IMG/VR virus record: IMGVR_UViG_3300028805_000081
Location: 32,001-96,000 of that record
Source of the DNA: a virus
Lineage: Duplodnaviria; Caudoviricetes
DNA: 64,000 nucleotides
Reading direction: 5' to 3' (one strand)
The notes beneath the pieces were generated by a model that was not told where the DNA came from, made no database searches, and saw only the letters and a program-made list of their open reading frames with translations. Below are positions 19,878 through 29,553 of the stretch, piece by piece; position 1 is the first letter of the stretch, and each line of letters starts with the position of its first letter. The translations under genes were made by a program, and so were the position numbers.

Positions 19878-20165
19878 TCACTGTATACCGATTTTAATAT
19901 TAAATTCTGCGTGCCTTGCGAGGTCGTAAACTGCCGAAAAATTAATATCAAACGTATAATATAATTCTTCTTTCTGTTCTTCTGTCAGATTGTAAATGCT
20001 GTTTGTTATCGCTGCCCGTCCGCCTTCATAAGCTTTGTCAAGCTGTTTTTGTGCCTGTTTTACTTCTTCAATGCTGTGCAAGTTCTCGAATATTGGCGAG
20101 GCTTTTGTGATAAGATCTTGAATATTTGAAATTATCCCGGCTTTTAATTTTGAAATGTCTTTCAT
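19878..20165 (-). CDS. Hypothetical protein
   Basis: GGAGG RBS; overlaps upstream stop. Confidence 0.6.
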   Translation of the reverse strand: MKDISKLKAGIISNIQDLITKASPIFENLHSIEEVKQAQKQLDKAYEGGRAAITNSIYNLTEEQKEELYYTFDINFSAVYDLARHAEFNIKIGIQ

Positions 20166-20671
20166 GGTGTCATTGCCTCCCGCTGTATTTTCAATTCTGT
20201 TTCGAGTTCTTCAACGAATTTATAAAGATTTTCTATCCCGTCTATGTCGTTTTCTTCTATGCTTTCTTTTATTTCTTCCTGATAATCATTTAACTTTGTT
20301 TCAAGCTTCTTAATATATTCAATGTGCCTGTCCGGGTGTCGTGTGTATCGGCTTTTTGCACGGTCTTTCATTTGCTGGAGTTTTTCAGCCTTGTATGCTT
20401 TGTTTGTTTCTTCGATTTCTGCCGGTGTCAAGCTAAAATTAATGGTGCTGCAACCATTTAATTTTGAATAGCTTAAAAATACTTGTCTGCCTTCCCACTG
20501 ATAATAATAATTATCATGTTTATATGTTCCGCTGGCTGTTTCAATGTGTGCCGTGCTTCTCTGCATGTACTTAATACAAATAGCTGTTTGTTTCGCTGTG
20601 ATCCATTTATCCCGGTTTGCTCCGGTCTGATCAAATAAAGATCTTAAAAAAACATCATCAAACCATTTCAT
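20162..20671 (-). CDS. Hypothetical protein with C-terminal coiled coil
   Basis: GAGGAG RBS; promoter upstream. Confidence 0.65.
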   Translation of the reverse strand: MKWFDDVFLRSLFDQTGANRDKWITAKQTAICIKYMQRSTAHIETASGTYKHDNYYYQWEGRQVFLSYSKLNGCSTINFSLTPAEIEETNKAYKAEKLQQMKDRAKSRYTRHPDRHIEYIKKLETKLNDYQEEIKESIEENDIDGIENLYKFVEELETELKIQREAMTP

Positions 20672-20744
20672 TTTTTAACACTCCTCAAACCTGTTGACGT
20701 GGTGGCGGTTTCCGGATCGCTCCGGATTTTCTTTTACTATCATT

Positions 20745-20776
20745 ATTATATCACTTTCCTCCGTCCACGTCAACAC
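20745..20776 (-). promoter_or_regulatory. Early-type SigA promoter, family GTG-TTGACR-TGGRCGG...TATAAT
   Basis: GTGTTGACGTGGACGGAGGAAAGTGATATAAT on the minus strand. Confidence 0.75.
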
Positions 20777-20920
20777 TTTTCAGGCGTGTTCTGTATGGTT
20801 TATGAGTTATATAATTATAACCTAAACTATATAACTTTGTTTACTTCTTAAACTGTTCTATCGTTTCTAAAATGCTGGTGATGCTGCAAAAAATCAGCGA
20901 GGATATTAATAATATTAGTG

Positions 20921-21748
20921 TCATGCTGTTTTATCCTCCTTGATGGCTTCAATGTTTTTCTTGATAGTATCAATAAAGGACTTTAATATATTAAAATCTG
21001 CATGATTTACAACTGTTTCTGCGGTTGCTGGGTTTAAGATCTCGTTTTCTATGTCCTTTATAAAAGGCGTATTTTTAAAAAGGTTTTTATTATTCTGCAT
21101 TGATACATAGAAATAATTATATAAATTATTCAAATGTACTTTTGTTAGTTGCTTCTGCTGTTCGGGCGTCAACCCGTTAAATTCTGCTGTTCTGTTGTAC
21201 TGGGTATTATCCCACAAAGCTTTAAAAACTGTATTATAATCAGGTATATTAATAAATATATGCTTTTCTTCTCGTTCTTCCTCGGTTAGTCTGCTATTAG
21301 CAAATATATTTATATTGTACTGCATACAATCAATATAGCCTTTTATAATAGCGTCCTTTAGTTCGTCGGCTGCCTTTGGTCGCTTGTCGTGTAAACAGAT
21401 TACGGTGTCATTATATCCAATGTTTTCATATGTTTTTCTGATAGTATAATTATTTATTTTTGCGTCCCTCCATATTTTTAATACTTCTTTTTCGTATGTT
21501 CTCGGGCGTGTTTCAGAATTATAAAACCATTTGATAACTGTTATATTAATATCTCTTTCTTTTAAAAACTTTGTGGCTTTTTCTATAGCTTCGTGCATTT
21601 CCTGTATGTGTCCCGGGTTTGCTTCAATCCATGCTTTCACGTGGCTTTCAAGCCCTTTTACAGTTGCAATATAGTCAAGTTCTATTAATAACTTCCATTC
21701 TTTCATAATTGTAGTACCTCCGTTTATTCTGATCACATTAGGCAACAA
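20921..21748 (-). CDS. Hypothetical protein (start probably ATG ~21706)
   Basis: GGAGGT RBS before MKEWKLL. Confidence 0.65.
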   Translation of the reverse strand: MLPNVIRINGGTTIMKEWKLLIELDYIATVKGLESHVKAWIEANPGHIQEMHEAIEKATKFLKERDINITVIKWFYNSETRPRTYEKEVLKIWRDAKINNYTIRKTYENIGYNDTVICLHDKRPKAADELKDAIIKGYIDCMQYNINIFANSRLTEEEREEKHIFINIPDYNTVFKALWDNTQYNRTAEFNGLTPEQQKQLTKVHLNNLYNYFYVSMQNNKNLFKNTPFIKDIENEILNPATAETVVNHADFNILKSFIDTIKKNIEAIKEDKTA

Positions 21749-21943
21749 ACAAAGATTATATTTCCCCGGTCGGGTTGTCTTTTGCTCGCTGCCTGTTGTG
21801 ATTGTTGGTGTGTCTTACTTCTTTAAATCAACCTTTTTCTTTAAATCAACTCGGTACGGCTGCGGGTGCTGTCTGTCTGTGCTGCGTGTGCGTTTGGTCA
21901 GTGTGACCGGTTTTTTTAATGTTACCATAGTTTTAAACCCCTT

Positions 21944-22180
21944 TCATACTCTGTTTAAATAGTCCTCGATAAATGCGAGGGCGCTTTTCTGTGTCAGGTC
22001 GTGTGCGCTCGGTGTCTGTAGTCCGTCAATCTCAAAACGGTAAACACTGGCTTTTGTTCTGTCCATCCATAATTTTAATCCGACTTTGTGCCCGTCAACT
22101 GTGTAATACTGGTTTATCCATGAGTTTTTACAGTTTTTCATGTGGTTCTTGATGTGCTGCATAAATTCCGCTTTTGTCAT
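21944..22180 (-). CDS. Hypothetical protein
   Basis: GAGGT RBS. Confidence 0.6.
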   Translation of the reverse strand: MTKAEFMQHIKNHMKNCKNSWINQYYTVDGHKVGLKLWMDRTKASVYRFEIDGLQTPSAHDLTQKSALAFIEDYLNRV

Positions 22181-22199
22181 TGTCTAATACCTCTATTAA

Positions 22200-22583
22200 T
22201 TATTTCTTAACTTTCATACTAATTTCTTTAATATCATTAAAATTGATATGTGGGCTGTATGGCTTCTTTGTTTCGTCAAGTTTCATTTCTATAAAATGTG
22301 GGTAAACTGTTTTTAAGTGTTCTATGTCTTGCATTAACTCGGTGTATTCTTCCGGGCTGAGATCCTGAAGGTGTTTATGATCCCATTTTAACCACATTTT
22401 CCGGGCTGTACCTTTTAAAAGTCTGTCTTGTGCCTGCCCGCCTGTTTTATAATCGGTTTTGGGTCTGTTGAATTCGTTTGCCGATGTGCTAAAATGTGCG
22501 CGTTTGTTAGTTGATAATGTATAGTAATGTATTTCAAATACTATCATTCTTGATACCATAAAGGCGTATAAAAATTCTTTCAT
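22200..22583 (-). CDS. Hypothetical protein
   Basis: GGAGGT RBS. Confidence 0.65.
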   Translation of the reverse strand: MKEFLYAFMVSRMIVFEIHYYTLSTNKRAHFSTSANEFNRPKTDYKTGGQAQDRLLKGTARKMWLKWDHKHLQDLSPEEYTELMQDIEHLKTVYPHFIEMKLDETKKPYSPHINFNDIKEISMKVKK

Positions 22584-22683
22584 ATTCTATTTACCTCCAT
22601 TAATCACTTCTATAATTCAGCTGTACCGGGCTAACGCTCCGGTATCAGCTAAACTATAGATTTTTGTTTACTGGTTTTTAAAA

Positions 22684-23148
22684 TTAATCTGCATCGGCTG
22701 CCGGTTCAATGTTTTTGTAGGCTGCCTCGCCCATGTTGCACTGAATTTCAGTTAATACGTTACTGTATGCCGTGCCGAAGTGCTGAATACCTAACAAATA
22801 CATGTCAAGTTTTTCATTATAGTAAACAATTTCATTTGTAAAGTCTTTCAGGATATTTGCACCGGCTTCTGAGATAATAAACCATGTGTAAATCTCGTTA
22901 TATTCCTCATGGTCATAATCCTCGCCCGGCTCAACTTCGTTCCCGTCTGCATCGTAATATGTGCAATCGCTGCCGTTTTCTATTTCCCAATAATCGCAAA
23001 ATTCCGGAAGGGAAATAATTGTATTATTCATTACGGCATCGAATGACTTTAAAAGTGTTGCATAATCAACCCGGTTATGCTCGATCCCATAGTCAGAAAT
23101 TTTCTGACCGCAAAAATAAACTCCTGATACACCTTTTAATCTTGGCAT
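22684..23148 (-). CDS. Acidic hypothetical phage protein, first gene of the leftward operon
   Basis: AGGAGG RBS; promoter upstream. Confidence 0.7.
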   Translation of the reverse strand: MPRLKGVSGVYFCGQKISDYGIEHNRVDYATLLKSFDAVMNNTIISLPEFCDYWEIENGSDCTYYDADGNEVEPGEDYDHEEYNEIYTWFIISEAGANILKDFTNEIVYYNEKLDMYLLGIQHFGTAYSNVLTEIQCNMGEAAYKNIEPAADAD

Positions 23149-23222
23149 AATAAATTCCTCCTAAAAATTAACATGTGCGGCTTGTATTCGTTTCGGGCGT
23201 TCTATCCTTGCCCTGTGATTAT

Positions 23223-23254
23223 ATTATAAATCAATTTCCCGTCCATGTCAACAC
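23223..23254 (-). promoter_or_regulatory. Early-type SigA promoter (same family as 20745 and 25030)
   Basis: GTGTTGACATGGACGGGAAATTGATTTATAAT on the minus strand. Confidence 0.75.
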
Positions 23255-23908
23255 TTTTAAATAAAAATATATTGCTTGTGAGTAATAATATTATAACCTA
23301 ACAGTTATATATACTATTATATAGGCTTTTCGTGGTTAGTTTGAGAAGTCCGGAAGGTTGCGGGTTCAGCTCTTGCCGGGATCAGATCAGCGGTGCATCG
23401 TGTGTGGCTTCTGCATCTGCTCCGGTGATCGCTTGCGGGTGTCGGGATAATGCCCTCCGGGGTGTACATCTGCAAAAGCTCCGAATGTTTCCGGGTTGCT
23501 TCTTGCCGGGGTCAGTATTTCCGGGCGCATGATCTCCGGTTGTCGGTGTCAGTGCTTAAAGAGTGCCGCCTTAATTGCTTGAGGTGGTGCGGTCTTTGCC
23601 GGCTGCCGTTGGTGCTGTCGGTATCTGCTCGGACTGGTTCAGGCGTTCCCGGTGGTTTCTGTGGGTTCTGTAGGCGTTCCCGGTGGGATCTCCGGAAGGT
23701 TTCGGGCGTTTCCGGGACTTCTGCCGGGTTTCCGTGGGTTTTCTGCCGGGGTTTCTGTCGGTGGTTGTCAACCTGTCCGAGATCTTGACCGGGATTTATT
23801 GGCATTTGGTTGGTAACTATAATACGCTATAACTGGAGGAAAATGGATTGTCTAAGGGACTGGTAGGATGTGGGACTGCTGGTGGGTTGCGGCAGCTCCG
23901 TCCTTCTC

Positions 23909-23955
23909 TTGACAACCTAAAATATTTATGCTACAATAAAGCAAACATAGTTCTA
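23909..23955 (+). promoter_or_regulatory. SigA promoter + 15-bp motif
   Basis: TTGACA-N17-TACAAT then GCAAACATAGTTCTA. Confidence 0.7.
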
Positions 23956-24037
23956 TAGATGAGCGATAATTCGGCAATCTATAGGACATTAAACCACAAT
24001 AGATTGTCGCAAGACAGAAAATGAGGGAGGATCTCAC

Positions 24038-24877
24038 ATGAAATACCAAAAGGAATTTCTGACAGACTTCACGAGGGTTCACAATGAATTTCTTCGTGAT
24101 AAGACACTTAGTTTACAGGCACGAGGAGTTTTGATAACTCTGCTTCAGCTGCCGGACTCATGGAATCTCAGTGAAAAGACTATTATGAGCATACTACCTG
24201 ATGGTCAGAAGAAAGTTTCAACAGCTCTGAAGGAATGCGAGAAAGCCGGTTATCTCTGCCGGGAGCGTGTTGTTGATGAAAAAGGGAAAGTGGTAGATAT
24301 GATTTATCATATCAGTGATCAGAAGCTTCCCAGTAGCGTGCTTGAAAAGTCATTTAGACACGGAGTTAACAAAGTGATTAATGCTGTTAAAAATTTTGTC
24401 ACTTCAAAACAAAGTTCCTCAAATGAAGAAAACCCACAATTTAAAAAAGTAAATGTGGTTGACGCAAATACGGGAAACCGGAGTAATATCATAACAGATA
24501 ATACATGTAATAAAAATGCATGTAACAATCAATCAATCAACCCGGATGAGATTGAAACTGAAATAAAACAGAATGTCAGCTATGATTACTTGTGCGATCG
24601 TTACGACAAAGAGCGAGTCGATGAGGTAGTAGGGATTATGACCAGCGTTTTACTCAGCACGGCAGATAAGATCCGCTGCGGAAAGCAGGACATGTGCACA
24701 TTCAGCGTCCAGAATACTTTTAAGAAGTTGAATCACATGCACATAGAGTATGTTTTTGAATGTTTTAGTAAGCTAACAACAAAGATCAATAACGTCTATA
24801 ACTACATGGTCACAGCACTTTACCGATCTTATTTTACGATGAATCACTACTATGACTCAGAATGCCGGCTGCTTTAA
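24038..24877 (+). CDS. Replication initiator-like protein (N-terminal HTH, DUF6017-like C-terminus)
   Basis: FTRVHNEFLRDKTLSLQARG...LPDSWN; VSYDYL...HIEYVFEC...NVYNYMVTALY. Confidence 0.7.
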   Translation: MKYQKEFLTDFTRVHNEFLRDKTLSLQARGVLITLLQLPDSWNLSEKTIMSILPDGQKKVSTALKECEKAGYLCRERVVDEKGKVVDMIYHISDQKLPSSVLEKSFRHGVNKVINAVKNFVTSKQSSSNEENPQFKKVNVVDANTGNRSNIITDNTCNKNACNNQSINPDEIETEIKQNVSYDYLCDRYDKERVDEVVGIMTSVLLSTADKIRCGKQDMCTFSVQNTFKKLNHMHIEYVFECFSKLTTKINNVYNYMVTALYRSYFTMNHYYDSECRLL

Positions 24878-24884
24878 GATTTAC

Positions 24885-25140
24885 GGAAAAATCGTTTCAG
24901 TTTCTTGGAAAAATCAATCCTGAAAGTACGGAAAAATCGTTTCCATATTTTTGGAAAATCAGTATCTTGACAATTGAATAGGCGTTTTTAAAATTTCCTG
25001 AAAATATTTCTGAAAAAATTTAAAAAAAGGTGTTGACATGGGCGGAGTTCAGTGATATAATAAACTCAATGAAAGAAATGAAGTCCGATAAAACCGGAAC
25101 TTACGGGAAAAATCATTCGGATTTCTTGGAAAAATCGTTT
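24885..25140 (+). repeat. Iteron-like direct repeats GGAAAAATC(G/A)
   Basis: About six copies immediately after the initiator gene, with further copies near 25898, 26267, 27138 and 29497. Confidence 0.7.
25030..25061 (+). promoter_or_regulatory. Early-type SigA promoter
   Basis: GTGTTGACATGGGCGGAGTTCAGTGATATAAT. Confidence 0.75.
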
Positions 25141-25167
25141 AGAAATATTTGACAGATTATTGAAAGG

Positions 25168-25818
25168 ATGTTTACTATGAAACTTAAAAACCATGAAGCA
25201 GTACTTGAAGCACTTATTGAACAGATTAAGGAATTTCAGTGTGATCTTAACAAGTATCAGACAGATGTTTACCTTTACATCAAGGACGGGAACGGAACTG
25301 TTGATACTTTTACAAACGTAGGTGGTAACAGCTGGCTTGATGATGATCACTTCACAATCTACACCGACAAAGAACACACAACTACAATTATAGACGAGCT
25401 TTCTGATGGTGAATCGTTTAACTGGCTTATTGATGAGCTTGAAAGTAATTATAATCTTTCAGGAATTAAGGAAAAAGCATATAAGGATATTACAGCTGCG
25501 ATAGATGACGAGGACTATCTCGATGATATAAGTACCTTTGATGATCTTGACTTATATGATGTCGAGATGTACCTTAAAAAGAACTATAGCACTCAGATTG
25601 AGGATTATTATAAGAAATATTTTATCCCGGACTGTTGTATGGATTATATCTCTGAAGCTGCTGACCATGTTTTAGATGAATTTGAAGAAACACACAGCTA
25701 TGTAGTTCTTGATGATGACCGTGAATTTGTTTCAAAACACGATGACTATGACGATGCTGTAAAGGCTGCTGAAGATCTTGGAAACAATGCAATAGTCACT
25801 GTATGGCTTGATGACTGA
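25168..25818 (+). CDS. Highly acidic protein, paralog of 29554..30243
   Basis: Shared LNxYQTDVY...TFxNVGGNSW.xDDH...WLIDELES. Confidence 0.7.
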   Translation: MFTMKLKNHEAVLEALIEQIKEFQCDLNKYQTDVYLYIKDGNGTVDTFTNVGGNSWLDDDHFTIYTDKEHTTTIIDELSDGESFNWLIDELESNYNLSGIKEKAYKDITAAIDDEDYLDDISTFDDLDLYDVEMYLKKNYSTQIEDYYKKYFIPDCCMDYISEAADHVLDEFEETHSYVVLDDDREFVSKHDDYDDAVKAAEDLGNNAIVTVWLDD

Positions 25819-25878
25819 TTTTTTTTAAATCCAGTATAAACAAAATCTATAGATATATCATTAAGATTTGCCAGTCGG

Positions 25879-26259
25879 TTGATAACGGTGTATTTATGGA
25901 AAAATCAAGGAGAAATAATCATGAATAAGAAGTTTGATTTACTGCCGCCTGATGTTCAGGATGAAGTCAAAACCGCTTTAAAGGCATATAACAAGGCTTA
26001 TGTGATATACGAATACGGAAAATATAACGTGTCTGTCGGCATAGCTATCAAGAATCATTATGCAGACGATCATGAGTTCATTGGAACATATTATGCCGAT
26101 GATGTTTTCAGTCCGGAAGAACGCATTATAAACTATGTCGAGTCGTTTCACTCATATCCGGGTGAGTACAAAGGCAAGCGTGATTACAATCTGATTAACA
26201 GTCTGTCTTGGAATGATCATGTGATGTTTGATGCTGCCGGGAATATAGTAAAGGTTTGA
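25879..26259 (+). CDS. Hypothetical protein (start probably ATG 25921)
   Basis: AAGGAG RBS. Confidence 0.6.
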   Translation: MITVYLWKNQGEIIMNKKFDLLPPDVQDEVKTALKAYNKAYVIYEYGKYNVSVGIAIKNHYADDHEFIGTYYADDVFSPEERIINYVESFHSYPGEYKGKRDYNLINSLSWNDHVMFDAAGNIVKV

Positions 26260-26287
26260 TTATTATGGAAAAATCGTAGGTGATTAT

Positions 26288-26593
26288 ATGAACTTAGATG
26301 ATGTTAAGAACCTTATAAACATTCAGAAAACTATCTTTATGAGAAGGCTGCTTGTTGATGATGAGGACTTCAATGAAAGATTTAAGGCTTATTGCATTGG
26401 AGTGTTTGAAACATTCCAGCTTTACAAAGGTATTTATCCGCCTAAAGATCTTTTGTCTAAGCATACAGATTCTGAAGTAAATGAATTAGACACATTTATA
26501 TTCAAGCGTTGTGTAGAACTTTCAAGAGAACATACGCATAAAGAAGTATCAAACAGAATTTTTCAGAATATTGAAAAGGAGTTACAACCATGA
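26288..26593 (+). CDS. Hypothetical protein
   Basis: AGGTGA RBS. Confidence 0.6.
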   Translation: MNLDDVKNLINIQKTIFMRRLLVDDEDFNERFKAYCIGVFETFQLYKGIYPPKDLLSKHTDSEVNELDTFIFKRCVELSREHTHKEVSNRIFQNIEKELQP

Positions 26594-27168
26594 CATATGA
26601 TTCAATCCGGGACAAGATCGTTTTAATCCCACGTAAAGTTGACATTAACAGTGTAGAAGTTATCGGAGATTATCTGTGGGATCAGCCGATAAAAAATGCA
26701 GACTTTGTTTTCCTGTACGGTTATATTGATACCGAAGGTGAGATCCAGCCGATAGAAAAAGATCAGGTAAAACAGTGGGGATGCCAGCCTACATATGAGT
26801 ATGCTTTAAAAAACACGGAAAAATTGTTCCCGTCTAAGTATTTTGCTGAGTTAGACAGGGAAATCAAGATAGAAAACTGTCATTCAGATATTGTAGCTGT
26901 GTCAAATTCTAAAAGCAGACTCGGAGCTGTGTCTATCTTTTATCCGGGAAATGCTGATAAGGTTGCTAAGAATTTTGGCGGTGACTTCTATTTCTGTTTC
27001 ATATCCTTGGATGACTGTATGTGTCATAAGATTGGGACGATTGAACCGGAGAAGATTAAAGAGTTTGTTACGACTACAAACAGCATATATAATGATAGTT
27101 ACGGACTCAGCAATAAGGTTTACAAGTACAATTTCTTGGAAAAATCATTTGAAATGATTGATATTTAA
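26590..27168 (+). CDS. DUF5688-like protein (short paralog)
   Basis: ALKNT...GAVSIFYPG...DFYFCFISLDDCMCHK...LSNKVYKY. Confidence 0.6.
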   Translation: MTYDSIRDKIVLIPRKVDINSVEVIGDYLWDQPIKNADFVFLYGYIDTEGEIQPIEKDQVKQWGCQPTYEYALKNTEKLFPSKYFAELDREIKIENCHSDIVAVSNSKSRLGAVSIFYPGNADKVAKNFGGDFYFCFISLDDCMCHKIGTIEPEKIKEFVTTTNSIYNDSYGLSNKVYKYNFLEKSFEMIDI

Positions 27169-27301
27169 TAGTGATTGTATACAATTATGATATAGGTGAT
27201 TTAGTTATAATATACAAATATTAAATATTAAAGTTCTAAAATAACATTAACACTTTAAAATATATCAAAAATCGTGTATAATAAAGAATAGAGGGTTTGA
27301 A

Positions 27302-27928
27302 ATGAACGCTGCTACAAATACATATGTATGTAAGTATACTAAAAAAAGGGGAAAATTTAGAACAATGATAATAAACCAGTATTATCTTGGCTTGATGTGG
27401 TGTATAGGCAGCTTGGCAAAAGACAAGTCGATATATGTACTTCAGAGTTTCGAGCCGGATAAGATTTATTACATGAACCAGCTTAGGAACATCACATTGG
27501 CTGATGTGAATACTCGCACACGTAAATACCGGGGCGATGACAGAGAAATCAAGATCCTTCGCTTCACAGATGGTGTATATGCCGAACGTCTGAGAGAGTT
27601 AGGGTATGATGATCCTGATGTCGAATATCCGGATGTTAAAAACATTGAATTTATCTGTGCTGTACTGGAGTGCAGAATTAAAGTCGCTAATACTAACAGC
27701 AAGACCATACTGTTTAACGCAAGTGTCGCAAATGTAGAACAGTGGAACAGGCTTGTCGGTACATATCTGACAGCTTCTAAGCCACCTGTCGTACATTACA
27801 GGGACAGAGATGATTATAGGATTTGCTACACAAGAGAAGAAATGTATGCATGTGCAAAAATCATGGTTCTTCAGGAGTGTAGTAATAAGGATTTTTGGAA
27901 TGGAATTATAGAACTTTGTGAAAAATAA
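27302..27928 (+). CDS. Degenerate LAGLIDADG-like protein, paralog 1
   Basis: YYLGLMWCIG...YAERLRELGYDDPDVEYPD. Confidence 0.5.
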   Translation: MNAATNTYVCKYTKKRGKFRTMIINQYYLGLMWCIGSLAKDKSIYVLQSFEPDKIYYMNQLRNITLADVNTRTRKYRGDDREIKILRFTDGVYAERLRELGYDDPDVEYPDVKNIEFICAVLECRIKVANTNSKTILFNASVANVEQWNRLVGTYLTASKPPVVHYRDRDDYRICYTREEMYACAKIMVLQECSNKDFWNGIIELCEK

Positions 27929-27939
27929 GTTCTGAATCA

Positions 27940-28518
27940 ATGAGGGTACAAGGAAAGATGGAAATAATTAATGACTATAAACTTGGCATTATGTGGGCAA
28001 CAGGTACACTTGCCAAAGGGACTGATCGTTATGTGTTACAAACGAGCAATAAAGATAAACTATACTTTTTGGAAAAATTATCTGAGATTAACCAATCCGA
28101 AATAGTAGAAAAAGAACGCATCGTCCGAGGTCAAAAACAACCTTTATGGATGGTGCGTTTTTCTGACGGTTTATATTCTGCCCGGCTGAGAGAGCTGGGA
28201 TATGATGATCCGAATATTGAATATCCTGATTATAAAAATCAAGACTTTGTAGCAGCGATACTTGAATTGAAGCTTAATCCGATTGTTACTCGCAATAACA
28301 ACCTTTACTTCCGGGTACACTGTACAAAGCCTGATCAATGGATGCACTTCACAAAGAGATACTTGCCTGAGAAACCGATAAATCTTTGTTTGGAAAACAC
28401 TTATAGAATTACATATACTCGCTCCGAGATCTATATTCTTGCTACAATTATGCATAACATAAGCAAGAATAAAAAGCTGTGGAGTTCATACATTACCATG
28501 TGCAACCCATACAAATAG
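27940..28518 (+). CDS. Degenerate LAGLIDADG-like protein, paralog 2
   Basis: YKLGIMWATG...YSARLRELGYDDPNIEYPD. Confidence 0.5.
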   Translation: MRVQGKMEIINDYKLGIMWATGTLAKGTDRYVLQTSNKDKLYFLEKLSEINQSEIVEKERIVRGQKQPLWMVRFSDGLYSARLRELGYDDPNIEYPDYKNQDFVAAILELKLNPIVTRNNNLYFRVHCTKPDQWMHFTKRYLPEKPINLCLENTYRITYTRSEIYILATIMHNISKNKKLWSSYITMCNPYK

Positions 28519-28626
28519 TTTATCATAAATTTGTATGCAAGTCAAGTCCTAAACCGTTGACATTGGTAACTGATAAGAGTATAATAATATCATGGGTAAC
28601 AATTTCGTCAACACTTTGAGGAGGAT

Positions 28627-29484
28627 TTGACTATGAATACAAATGTTTTAACTGCTGCAAATTATTATGATGTATCGAATCTGAATGAACCTACGATAAA
28701 GGTTATCAGTAGAAATCCGCATATCAAGAAGTTTCAGGCTCATACGTCAGAAATCCAGTCACGTTCTGCTGATGCCGTTCGTGATCGTGAAATCATTAAC
28801 AAGGCAGTAGAGGACTTCATGATGAATAAGGCTTATTATAAGGCACTTTACATCATCATGTCATCAAACTGCGGTCTGAGATATTCAGATCTTGTAACGT
28901 TGCGAGTATGTGATGTTCTACTTCCTAATGGAGAAATCACTGATGGTTTCTGTTTGGAAGAATCAAAAACAAGTGCGCTTCGTTCGGTTTACTTCAATAA
29001 AGCAATGAAGTCCGTTCTGAAGTTTATTATAAATTTTAAAGATCTTTCAGCCGAGTCATATCTTTTCCTCACCGATGGCAACAGAAAATCCTACTTCAAA
29101 GAGTGGGTTTACGATGACGATGGAAATATTGTTGATGTTGTCAAGACCGGGGAAAAGTATGATGCAAATGGCAAGGAAAGGCAGTATGCTCCGGTTTCAT
29201 GCAAACAGGCTTCACGCTGGTGGTCAGAGTTACATGATTTTGGTGCAGACGGCAAGCTTTCCTCTCATAGTGCGAGGAACACATTCAGGTACTTCATCAG
29301 TACCAGCGGTGTGTCTGACGAAGGTGACATTGCGTTAGCTTCACAGTGTATGGCTCACTCATCTGTGGCTATTACTGCAAAGCATTACGCTAATATCACT
29401 GAGTCTATGAAGAAAAGAGCTGCCGATACTTTAAATCTCGGTCTTGAGGCACTTGAAAGATCGTTAAGTAGTATGTTAATTTAA
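28627..29484 (+). CDS. Tyrosine recombinase/integrase family protein
   Basis: Catalytic residues R (GLRYSDL), K (ESKT), HxxR (HSAR), H (MAHSS) and Y (KHY). Confidence 0.85.
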   Translation: MTMNTNVLTAANYYDVSNLNEPTIKVISRNPHIKKFQAHTSEIQSRSADAVRDREIINKAVEDFMMNKAYYKALYIIMSSNCGLRYSDLVTLRVCDVLLPNGEITDGFCLEESKTSALRSVYFNKAMKSVLKFIINFKDLSAESYLFLTDGNRKSYFKEWVYDDDGNIVDVVKTGEKYDANGKERQYAPVSCKQASRWWSELHDFGADGKLSSHSARNTFRYFISTSGVSDEGDIALASQCMAHSSVAITAKHYANITESMKKRAADTLNLGLEALERSLSSMLI

Positions 29485-29553
29485 GAAAGGGTGGTCGGAA
29501 AAATCATTTATTAAGGGTGAATTGTTGATGTACAGTAAAAAAGTTCTACAATT

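Noticed and set aside
23332-23805. Four overlapping ORFs in the CCGG-rich island
   Set aside because: Open in several frames because stops are rare in GC-rich skewed DNA; no RBS
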